This document shows, one piece after another, positions 9,524 through 17,450 of a stretch of DNA of 64,000 nt. The DNA is taken from positions 1,085-65,084 of IMG/VR virus record IMGVR_UViG_3300012203_000001; one strand, written 5' to 3'. Both the position numbers and the translations under genes were made by a program. Each line of letters opens with the position of its first letter. Position 1 is the stretch's first letter. The notes beneath the pieces are model-generated. The model made no database searches, had not been told where the DNA came from, and saw only the letters and a list, made by a program, of their open reading frames with translations. The stretch is from a virus (lineage: Duplodnaviria > Caudoviricetes).

Positions 9524-10480
9524 ATGAGAGCTATAGCGATTCTATTTTTAACCGTGTCGCTTACTAGTGGCCAGACGATCGCCACGAAGGTGCTCTCGCC
9601 AAGCGTGCCGATCAGAATTGCGCTCTCGCCTGCTTTAACAACTACACTCTTGTTTCCGGGCCCGTTATCAGGAACGTTTGGCCTCGGGTTGGTAGCCGGA
9701 ACCAACCCGCAGGCCGCTGGGGGAACCGTACAGGTTGACCATCCGGACGGATCGAATGTTCTCGTGCTTCACGCTTTGACCGAAACTGCCCACGTTCTGG
9801 CGACTGTACTTTTAGACGGTAAGCTCTATGTTTTGGATTGTTTAGCGACCGGTGGGCAGCCTGACGTTGCTGTTACGTTTATTGGCAGCGATCAGGCTGT
9901 TCCGCGTGCAGTTGCGGTCACGCCAGAAGAAATCGCAGCCGCGCGACCGAAGTACGAACCAGAACTACTCGTCGGTTTTCTTCGCCGTGCGCACGATGCG
10001 CCTTTATTGAGCAAGCTTTACCCGGATCTTTATAATGCCTACACGTCACGCACGGCGCAATACACGAGTGACTCAGGCGCCGTAAAAACGATCGTGACCC
10101 AGATTCACCGGTTCTCAAAGGACGACGTGATTGTCTTGCAAGGCACCGTCCAGAACGAAACCGCGCAGCCATTCCAGTTCGACGGGCGATCGGCTACGGT
10201 GGAAGTCGCGAACGAGATCCACCCCATAAAACTTCTCGACTGCTTGAGGCCAATCCCACCGGGCGCGACTGTCCCGATCGATGTCGTGATCCAGGGCGAC
10301 GTGGACGGTGGCCGGGCAAACCTTAGCGCGGACAATGAGTTTAGAATCATTCTTCCTGGCGGGATTTGGGGTCTAAAGAACGGCAACGGTTCATCGAAAG
10401 GCGGGTTTAAGGTGCCTGCGCCAGTGTCGCCGGGCTCGATTCCGTTGACTCAGACTAAAGCAAAGAGAGATGTACAATGA
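9524..10480 (+). CDS. VirB9/TraK-like outer membrane core complex protein
   Basis: Signal peptide, TTTLLFP motif, beta-rich; directly precedes VirB10. Confidence 0.65.
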   Translation: MRAIAILFLTVSLTSGQTIATKVLSPSVPIRIALSPALTTTLLFPGPLSGTFGLGLVAGTNPQAAGGTVQVDHPDGSNVLVLHALTETAHVLATVLLDGKLYVLDCLATGGQPDVAVTFIGSDQAVPRAVAVTPEEIAAARPKYEPELLVGFLRRAHDAPLLSKLYPDLYNAYTSRTAQYTSDSGAVKTIVTQIHRFSKDDVIVLQGTVQNETAQPFQFDGRSATVEVANEIHPIKLLDCLRPIPPGATVPIDVVIQGDVDGGRANLSADNEFRIILPGGIWGLKNGNGSSKGGFKVPAPVSPGSIPLTQTKAKRDVQ

Positions 10481-11616
10481 CTAGGCTGATCAGATTCTTT
10501 ATTCGTGGCCCTGGCGCGATTCTCGTTGTCATTATAATCGCGCTCGGCGTTGTCGGCATCATTAAACACGGCCAGGACAAAGAGCGCGCGGAGGCCGATA
10601 AACGACAAACTCAACGGGAATTAGGGAAGGTTAATCCGCAAACCGATGTTGATAAATCGAAAGCCTCCAAGGAAGTCATTCTTTCGGATCGCAGATTGAA
10701 TCCAGGCAATAAGACAGCGCAACCTGAACCAGCACCGGCCTATAGCACTCAATTGTCAACGGCTCAGCAACGCACTGCGCTTCCGACACTCGTCTCGTTT
10801 TACACGCAAATCGCGCCTACGCCATCCCCTACCCCGGTACCGGAGGCCAAGCCGAAAGAGGCGCAAATTTGGCTACCACGCGGGATCTTTATTCCATGTG
10901 CGTTAGTCAATACGGTCGAGTCCTCACACATCAATACGCCGGTGGTCGGCGAAGTTATCCGCGACGTGTATCAGAATGGTCACCTGATCATTCCAGCCGG
11001 CGCGATTTGCACCTGCTTCGCACAAGCTGGTGCAGTTAGGGACCGGATCGAGGTTGCCGGTAAATGGTCGCTTGTGTACCCGGACGGCAAAGAGTTTGAG
11101 TTGGAAGGGATCGCTTGCGATCGCGAGGCGGACACGAGTAACCAGCAGTTCGGGATTGAGGACGGTTCTGCCGGCCTCCAAGGCGAATTAATCGAGTCTG
11201 ATCACTGGGCGAACGCCAAGGCGTTCATTGCGTTATTGATGACCTCGGCAGTTCAGGCCGGTACAGCTGCGGCAGGGTCAGCGCTGCAGGCACAGCACGG
11301 CAGCAGCTTTACGAGTTTGCCTGATACGACGCCAATCCTTTCGAAGTACCTGGATCAATTGCTCAACGGCGAGACCGGCGACGGCCGGTTTGTTCGGGTG
11401 CGGGCTTCTCGTGAGTTTTATATTTTTCCGACGGAAGTGACTTTTCCAACTCGTAGAAGTGTAGGTGGAAAGCGTCAAGAGTCAGAAGAAGCTAAAGAAC
11501 AATCAGTTTCAAAAGCGCCATCAGATCCGGTGCAAGCGGCTATTCAAGCGGAACGCGAGATCCTTCGTACAAGCCAACCAGATTCATCGCCAACTCCTGA
11601 AAGGATGCATTACTAG
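10477..11616 (+). CDS. virB10: VirB10/TrbI core complex protein
   Basis: N-terminal TM, Pro-rich linker, LP.G.FIPC.LVNTV.S...TPVVG.V..DV, IIPAG, DGSAGL.G motifs. Confidence 0.9.
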   Translation: MTRLIRFFIRGPGAILVVIIIALGVVGIIKHGQDKERAEADKRQTQRELGKVNPQTDVDKSKASKEVILSDRRLNPGNKTAQPEPAPAYSTQLSTAQQRTALPTLVSFYTQIAPTPSPTPVPEAKPKEAQIWLPRGIFIPCALVNTVESSHINTPVVGEVIRDVYQNGHLIIPAGAICTCFAQAGAVRDRIEVAGKWSLVYPDGKEFELEGIACDREADTSNQQFGIEDGSAGLQGELIESDHWANAKAFIALLMTSAVQAGTAAAGSALQAQHGSSFTSLPDTTPILSKYLDQLLNGETGDGRFVRVRASREFYIFPTEVTFPTRRSVGGKRQESEEAKEQSVSKAPSDPVQAAIQAEREILRTSQPDSSPTPERMHY

Positions 11617-11617
11617 C

Positions 11618-12305
11618 ATGGATGGCAAGCGTTGCACGAAGTGCGGAATAATTATGACCATAGACTGTTTTACAAAAAATAAAACAGCGTCAGATGGATT
11701 GAACTGGCAATGCAAAATCTGTTACCGCGAGTATTACGAAGCGAACAAGGAAACGTACTTTATTCGTTCTGATGAATTTTATAAGCGAAACAGGCTTACT
11801 AAATTAGCTAGACAGAGGGAGCGACGCGAGGCCGATGGTCGCCGCATTCGCATTAGAGCATAAAGCCTACATGGCGATATGGAATAAAGAAAATCGACAA
11901 TTAAGATTAAACTGGAACAAGGACAACCGTAAGTACTTGCGGGATTATTATCAGGAGCGTTTAAAGAATAATCCAGCTTACAAAGTGAGAGTGAGATTGG
12001 CCATAAGGCTAAATAAGTGTCTCACTAGACGAGGTACGGTAAAGGCTGCTACCACAATGAAATTAGTTGGGTGCGCTATCGATGAGTTAATGCTTCACCT
12101 TCAAAACCAGTTCCGAGAAGGCATGTCTTGGAACAATTATGGGCCGATTTGGCATATTGACCATATTCGTCCATGTGCGTCATTCGATCTCACTGATCCA
12201 GAACAACAAAAAGTGTGTTTTCATTTCAGTAATCTTCAGCCGCTTTTCGGGGAAGAGAATCTTAAAAAAGGAAAGAAATATGTTGAAAATAATATCGGTG
12301 GTTAG
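11618..12305 (+). pseudogene. Endonuclease VII/HNH-like homing endonuclease split by a 1-nt frameshift near 11837
   Basis: N-part KRCTKC...DGLNWQCKIC (11618..11863) and C-part WHIDHIRPCASFDL...CFHFSNLQPL...NLKKG (11835..12305) lie in adjacent frames. Confidence 0.7.
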
Positions 12306-12933
12306 CTTGACAGCAGTCGCCTTCTCAGGCTGTGCGACAAAGGAGACCACATACTGGGAACACGGGAAGAAAGGCACTGTCATCGTGCATCACGTGCGGA
12401 AAACCCAAAATGGAACAAGCGATCGAACGGAGAAGTTGACAACGAAAGTAATCGAGCCAGGCCAGATCCACGTCTATGATTTAGGACGACTTCCGGACGG
12501 AAATGGCGGCATGGCGGAAGCTCACCGCTACTACCGCGTAGAGCAATCCGAGACGCTCGATTTGCGTCTTACGCCAGCCAACAAGCTAAAGCCAACGGGT
12601 CCACGCACCGTGTTTACTCCACCAACCTATTCGCCGTTGCCGAAAGATCAGCGGATCAACGATGCGGTGGCCGATGCGAACCAGGCCAAGGAGAAACTCG
12701 ACGAGGCGCGCGGGAAGATCGAGCAGCAGTTGGCAAGCGATAATAACCTCCGCGGTGAGCTTCAGACGGCGATTGATGATAACCAAAAACTTCACGATCA
12801 ACTCTCGGCCGCCATGTCCACTCCTCAACGTTCACCATCGAATGGTCCCGCGCAATCGGATGCGTCCAAGGCTGGGCAAGCTGCCGGTTCAGATCCTCTT
12901 GCACAGTGGGGCGATAAGGTTCAGCCAAAATGA
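12280..12933 (+). CDS. Lipoprotein (TraV/VirB7-like role possible) with coiled coil
   Basis: MLKIISVVSLTAVAFSGC lipobox; strong RBS AAGGAAAG. Confidence 0.7.
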   Translation: MLKIISVVSLTAVAFSGCATKETTYWEHGKKGTVIVHHVRKTQNGTSDRTEKLTTKVIEPGQIHVYDLGRLPDGNGGMAEAHRYYRVEQSETLDLRLTPANKLKPTGPRTVFTPPTYSPLPKDQRINDAVADANQAKEKLDEARGKIEQQLASDNNLRGELQTAIDDNQKLHDQLSAAMSTPQRSPSNGPAQSDASKAGQAAGSDPLAQWGDKVQPK

Positions 12934-13166
12934 AAGACTACGAGAAATACGAGCAGGAACTTCGTGCGGAGTTTGTTTCCAAACATCCGAATGCTACGCC
13001 TGAACAGTTAATAGAGAACTATCGCGAAAATACCGGATTGGTAATGGCTTTCATCGCACAGAAGAACGTGGACGCGATTGATCGCGATAGGATTGAGCGG
13101 ATCAATGATTGGTTGGGTAGCGCTTGGCGCGGTAGCCGTGGCGTGGTGGAGGAAATTGAGCGATGA
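12930..13166 (+). CDS. Hypothetical protein
   Basis: ATGA-coupled on both sides. Confidence 0.55.
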   Translation: MKDYEKYEQELRAEFVSKHPNATPEQLIENYRENTGLVMAFIAQKNVDAIDRDRIERINDWLGSAWRGSRGVVEEIER

Positions 13167-13447
13167 CTGGAGCAGAATTTCACGGATATACACGCGCCAT
13201 AGGAGCACCAGAGAACTGGAAAGAAAATAGGGATGCAGATTGCGTTCCTTTGTTCGTTCGAGATGGAGAGATGGCGGGGCATCATTCGATGGAATCAGTA
13301 TGGGTTTTGTCAGATGCAGAGCGTGAAGAAATAGTACGCGGCGCAAATATTTCTCTAATGATTCTGGGTACCGTTCATCCACCGGTCACGTTGACCGTTA
13401 CTAGGGTTAAAATATTGGATAATGACCCGCATTTAATGCAGCGATGA
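13163..13447 (+). CDS. Phage-type hypothetical protein
   Basis: GAP.NW....C..L......S.W..S..E...I..GA.I.L.I.G..HPPV pattern recalled from phage accessory genes; ATGA-coupled. Confidence 0.6.
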   Translation: MTGAEFHGYTRAIGAPENWKENRDADCVPLFVRDGEMAGHHSMESVWVLSDAEREEIVRGANISLMILGTVHPPVTLTVTRVKILDNDPHLMQR

Positions 13448-14367
13448 TGCCTCTTCTTTCTCCCGAGTTGCTGTTGCGGCTCAACACGATTGGAGATTTC
13501 CTTGGAGAAAATATTCTAGGCCAGCACGAGGTATTGGCTGATATCGTCGCGTTGTTGCAACGTTCCTTTCTAGGCATCCGCTTCCGGAATCGTCCAGTTG
13601 CCTCGATGCTTTTTCTGGGGCCAACCGGCGTGGGCAAGACCGAGACGGTGAATTTGTTCACGCGTCATTTGTTTGGCGATGATGGTGGTAAACTCGTTAG
13701 GCTCGACATGAGCGAGTACATGACGGTGGACTCGATCGGAATCTTGCGCGGCCAAGATACACAGGATTGCGGGTTGCTAGGACTTTATACGAGACGGACC
13801 GGAGATCATGGTACGTTGCTTTTCGATGAGATCGAAAAGGCACACCCGCTCATTATGGACGTATTCTTGCAGATCTTATCCGCCGGCAGGTTTACGCTGG
13901 CGACTGGTGAGACTCTCGACTTGAGCAACTACGTCGTTGTGGCGACGTCTAACATAGGCTCGCGGGTTTTAATGGAAAGCAGGTCAACCGATCGGGAAAC
14001 GATTGTGCGGCGAACGACGCAGGCCGGCACGACCGAGATGCGGCCCGAAACTTTTCGCCGGTTCGATCTTCATTGCGTTTTTAACAAGCTTGATTTCCTG
14101 ACGCTGAAGGCGATTGGCCAACTGCACGTAAACAAGTGTTTGGAGATCATCAACGCGCAAGGTCATTGCGTTAATGTGGAACCGAGCGTGGTCGAGTATA
14201 TCCAGCGCGAAGGTTACTCGGAAAAGTTCGGGGCCGCCTGGATGCAGACTGCGGCGATGCGGATTCTCGGGGATGTTGTCGCTGCGGAGATGCTCAAGAA
14301 CGGGGGAGAGCCGGTAACGGGGACGATTGTGTATGATAGGCGGACGAACCGGTACTTTCTTCAATGA
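13444..14367 (+). CDS. ClpB/ClpA second-domain-like AAA+ ATPase (stand-alone)
   Basis: RPVASMLFLGPTGVGKTE, RLDMSEY, LLFDEIEKAHP, TSNIGS, GYS.KFGA motifs; only 307 aa. Confidence 0.9.
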   Translation: MMPLLSPELLLRLNTIGDFLGENILGQHEVLADIVALLQRSFLGIRFRNRPVASMLFLGPTGVGKTETVNLFTRHLFGDDGGKLVRLDMSEYMTVDSIGILRGQDTQDCGLLGLYTRRTGDHGTLLFDEIEKAHPLIMDVFLQILSAGRFTLATGETLDLSNYVVVATSNIGSRVLMESRSTDRETIVRRTTQAGTTEMRPETFRRFDLHCVFNKLDFLTLKAIGQLHVNKCLEIINAQGHCVNVEPSVVEYIQREGYSEKFGAAWMQTAAMRILGDVVAAEMLKNGGEPVTGTIVYDRRTNRYFLQ

Positions 14368-14576
14368 AGGATAATTTCAAACCGTGTCCGTTCTGTGGTT
14401 CAAGTTATCTAGGCATACAGCCGACTGAAGATTTAGGGGTGTCATCGTCTGGTACGCATAGTTGGCAGCTTGCACGAGTTTATTGCCAGAACTGTTCGGC
14501 TGGTGGAGCGCAGGTTGATACAGAAGAAGAGGCTATCGCAGCTTGGAACACTCGAGCAGATACGAAAATTCAATGA
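14364..14576 (+). CDS. Lar-family restriction alleviation protein
   Basis: KPCPFCG...C..C.A.G.....EEAIAAWNTR signature. Confidence 0.85.
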   Translation: MKDNFKPCPFCGSSYLGIQPTEDLGVSSSGTHSWQLARVYCQNCSAGGAQVDTEEEAIAAWNTRADTKIQ

Positions 14577-16024
14577 GCTTTTTATCATGGCCGCGTCGTC
14601 GGGAAGTGTCCGCACCGGTACCAACTGGGAAGTGGCCGCTCGAATTCCCCCTGGTCCGTTTCGGTGAACACTATGCGGATATCTGGACGCTGGCCGACGC
14701 CGCGCAAGGTGTCGTGATCCTCGGCGAGAATGGCAGTGGCAAAACGTCCGGGTCTGGTGCGCTCCTAGCCCGCAAATATCTAAAAGCTGGGTTTGGTGGC
14801 CTTGTCCTATGCTTTAAAACAGACGAGGCGGATCTATGGCGCTCATACTTGAAAGCAACGGGCCGCGAATCCGATGGCCGGTTCTTTAGCGTCGACAACG
14901 GGTTCACGTTCAACTTCCTTGATTACGAGGCGCAAACCAGCGGAATCGATTTCGCGGAGAACATCGTGACCCTACTCGTCGACGTCGCCAGCATTCATAT
15001 GCGGGCCGAGGTCGGCGGTGCTGAAGCACACTTCTGGTTGCCGCAAAAAAAGAAACTCTTACGGAACGCAATCACACTTCTTCTTCTGGCGTCTGAACCT
15101 ATCCAGTTGCGCTCGCTTTACGAAATGATCGTGTCGGCACCGAAGGATGCGCAGCAAGCCGCGTCAGACGATTGGCAAAATTCCAGCTTTCTATTCAAGC
15201 TTCTTGAACGAGGTAACCAAGCGGCTAGTAATCATCCGGAATGGAAACTGATCACGAACTACTGGATGCTAGAGCGGCCGTCGCTCGCGCCCAAGACTCG
15301 GGAAACGATTGACGCGGATTTTACCGGGATGTTCGATCCGCTCACCCGCGGCAAGATCGGGCAGTTATTCGGGACCGGGACCAACCTGACGCCGCAGGAC
15401 ATTCTTGATGGCAAGGTTGCGGTGATCGATATCCCGGTTGCTAAGTATCGGGAGGTCGGCCAGTACGCGGCGCTAATCTGGGCGCAACTCTTCCAACGCG
15501 CGGTTGATCGCCGGGATTACACGGCACCGGATAGTCGGCCAGTTTTTTTGTGGGAAGACGAGGCGCACTACTTTACCATCGATCAAGATGCGCTATTCCA
15601 AACTACTGCACGGTCGAAAGGGATCTCAGTGGTTCGGCTCACCCAGAACTTGCCGAACTTTCTGGACGCTTACGGACGCGATGGCCGGCACAAGGTTGAT
15701 ACGCTTCTTGGCAATCACGCCACAAAGATCTTTCACCGGAACGGTGACCCGACCACGAACGAATGGGCGGCAAAGGTGATCGCGAAAGAGACCGGGTACA
15801 AACATTCGTTGTCAGCAAGTGGGTCGATTCAATCGGCCAGTGGGTTTAATGCATCGACGAGTGTGTCCGAAGTGGAAGAGGATTCGTGTCCTCCGAAAGA
15901 ATTTATCGGGCTCAAGAACGGCGGTAAAAAGAATCAGAATGTCGTGGAAGGTATCCTGTTTCAATCCGGCCGGCTATGGAATCGGGATCAGCGTTGGGCG
16001 GTAAGGCGATTTAAACAGGCATGA
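14573..16024 (+). CDS. virD4: VirD4/TraD-type coupling protein (no obvious TM anchor)
   Basis: Walker A GENGSGKTSG, FNFLDYE, WEDEAH, ARS.G....TQNLP, LLGN..TKIF motifs. Confidence 0.85.
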   Translation: MSFLSWPRRREVSAPVPTGKWPLEFPLVRFGEHYADIWTLADAAQGVVILGENGSGKTSGSGALLARKYLKAGFGGLVLCFKTDEADLWRSYLKATGRESDGRFFSVDNGFTFNFLDYEAQTSGIDFAENIVTLLVDVASIHMRAEVGGAEAHFWLPQKKKLLRNAITLLLLASEPIQLRSLYEMIVSAPKDAQQAASDDWQNSSFLFKLLERGNQAASNHPEWKLITNYWMLERPSLAPKTRETIDADFTGMFDPLTRGKIGQLFGTGTNLTPQDILDGKVAVIDIPVAKYREVGQYAALIWAQLFQRAVDRRDYTAPDSRPVFLWEDEAHYFTIDQDALFQTTARSKGISVVRLTQNLPNFLDAYGRDGRHKVDTLLGNHATKIFHRNGDPTTNEWAAKVIAKETGYKHSLSASGSIQSASGFNASTSVSEVEEDSCPPKEFIGLKNGGKKNQNVVEGILFQSGRLWNRDQRWAVRRFKQA

Positions 16025-16266
16025 GTGACAATGCTCGCATTAAGGTTGGTTCTTCTATGTGGATGGATTTCCGATGGTGGCGATGGCCTGATGTGCCACA
16101 AACGACACCAACACTCATCGATGAGCAATTAGTGTTTTCCGTGACCAAGGATAGAATGAAACCGGGCTGGTCTGAGCTTCGAGCTGATGGGTTCGGAGGA
16201 AAACCCTACGGAAATGGTTCGATTTTTATAGAAGATAAATATCTTGAACCATTAGTGGAGTTATGA
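16021..16266 (+). CDS. Hypothetical protein
   Basis: ATGA-coupled. Confidence 0.5.
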   Translation: MSDNARIKVGSSMWMDFRWWRWPDVPQTTPTLIDEQLVFSVTKDRMKPGWSELRADGFGGKPYGNGSIFIEDKYLEPLVEL

Positions 16267-16577
16267 TCGAACGCGAAAAACCTAGAATCAAAAAGCGCCG
16301 CCCTGGCATGTGCTCATGGTGCGGCGAGGCTATCACGGTCGGAAGTGAGTTTGATTGGTGGCCATCCGTGAATGACGACGGTGTACCAAACGGAAGTTGC
16401 TCAATGCACCCGGAGTGCGATGACGCCTATCGACTGTCGTACCGCGAAACGTTTCCTAAGTTCGAGTTTGTTCGTGGCGGCAAAGAGAAAAAACCGGAGA
16501 TCATCGATGCAGAAGAAAAAGCCGATCAGATAGAGGCGCTCAAATGGGCGTGGGATAACGGGAAGATTGCCAAGTGA
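16263..16577 (+). CDS. Phage-type Zn-binding hypothetical protein
   Basis: CSWCGE.I..G...MHPEC motif. Confidence 0.6.
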   Translation: MIEREKPRIKKRRPGMCSWCGEAITVGSEFDWWPSVNDDGVPNGSCSMHPECDDAYRLSYRETFPKFEFVRGGKEKKPEIIDAEEKADQIEALKWAWDNGKIAK

Positions 16578-16960
16578 TGAACAATCCCAATCAAACTCCG
16601 ATCCAAGAAGCGGTCAGCCTAATCACGATCGCCGCGCTCTTGATCGCGGTCGCCTGCTACCTGGCCGCGATGAACAACGTGCCTTTCCTCGCGCCGTGTC
16701 TTTTCTGGGTCGCCACGCAAGCGTACCATTTCTTTCCGGCCTTGAACTATCTGCGGTCGCCGCAGGTCCCGATGGTGGTCAGCGCGGCTGCGGTGGGTTG
16801 CAGTGTTTGGCTGGTGGGTATTCCCTTCGCTAGCATCTTGGCCGCCTGGTTCAATCAATCGCAAATGGCCGGCCTTGAGCGTCAAACCGTGCGGCTCAAG
16901 CGCAACAGAGCGCGAATAGTGAAACGTCGCCGGGATAAAGATGGATTCGACGTGGTGTGA
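16574..16960 (+). CDS. Hypothetical membrane protein
   Basis: Two to three TM segments, basic C-terminus. Confidence 0.6.
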   Translation: MMNNPNQTPIQEAVSLITIAALLIAVACYLAAMNNVPFLAPCLFWVATQAYHFFPALNYLRSPQVPMVVSAAAVGCSVWLVGIPFASILAAWFNQSQMAGLERQTVRLKRNRARIVKRRRDKDGFDVV

Positions 16961-16963
16961 ATA

Positions 16964-17317
16964 TTACCAAAGTCCTGAGTTAAACTCTTGAGATTTCAAT
17001 GTGTCGAGCTCGATCTCGTTAGTATTGATATCCATCTGGTTCATCTGGTTTTGGAACTCCAGATTATTAAGCTTCTCCTGATACGTGAGCCGATGATGGC
17101 TCGGCAAGGCAATAAAATTCCGCCTGTATCCTGCTGCGTACTCTGCTTTTGTCGGCACCCGGCAAATGTACGTGTACGGTCCCACCTTGTAGTCAACGCC
17201 GTATGTTGCTGCTTCGGTGAAGCTCCTGGGTGTGATCTTTGGTCGTGGGGAATTACTCGTCATCGGGCCTACGCAGCCAGCTAAGATGATCGGAACAAAG
17301 AGAATTGCGTATTTCAT
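16964..17317 (-). CDS. Lipoprotein, divergent from the relaxase
   Basis: MKYAILFVPIILAGC lipobox. Confidence 0.7.
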   Translation of the reverse strand: MKYAILFVPIILAGCVGPMTSNSPRPKITPRSFTEAATYGVDYKVGPYTYICRVPTKAEYAAGYRRNFIALPSHHRLTYQEKLNNLEFQNQMNQMDINTNEIELDTLKSQEFNSGLW

Positions 17318-17450
17318 GCTTGCACGAATACTATTCTATAGGAATAATGCAAGTGGCATTTCTTGAACCTTACGCGAAGCGCGAGGGGAGATTTGAGTCA
17401 TGACTTTTAGTCCGAAAAGGTGGAAGAAGTTTTAGGGATAATCGAAGGAA
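17318..17450. promoter_or_regulatory. Divergent promoter / candidate oriT region
   Basis: Intergenic region upstream of the relaxase with CTTGCA..TATTC-TATAG-GAATA..TGCAAG inverted repeat and AGTCATGACT palindrome; nic site not recognised. Confidence 0.45.

Noticed and set aside
13444-14367. Host clpB pseudogene or T6SS ClpV
   Set aside because: Intact ORF with ATGA coupling on both sides inside the tra operon; no N-domain/D1 remnants and no T6SS genes
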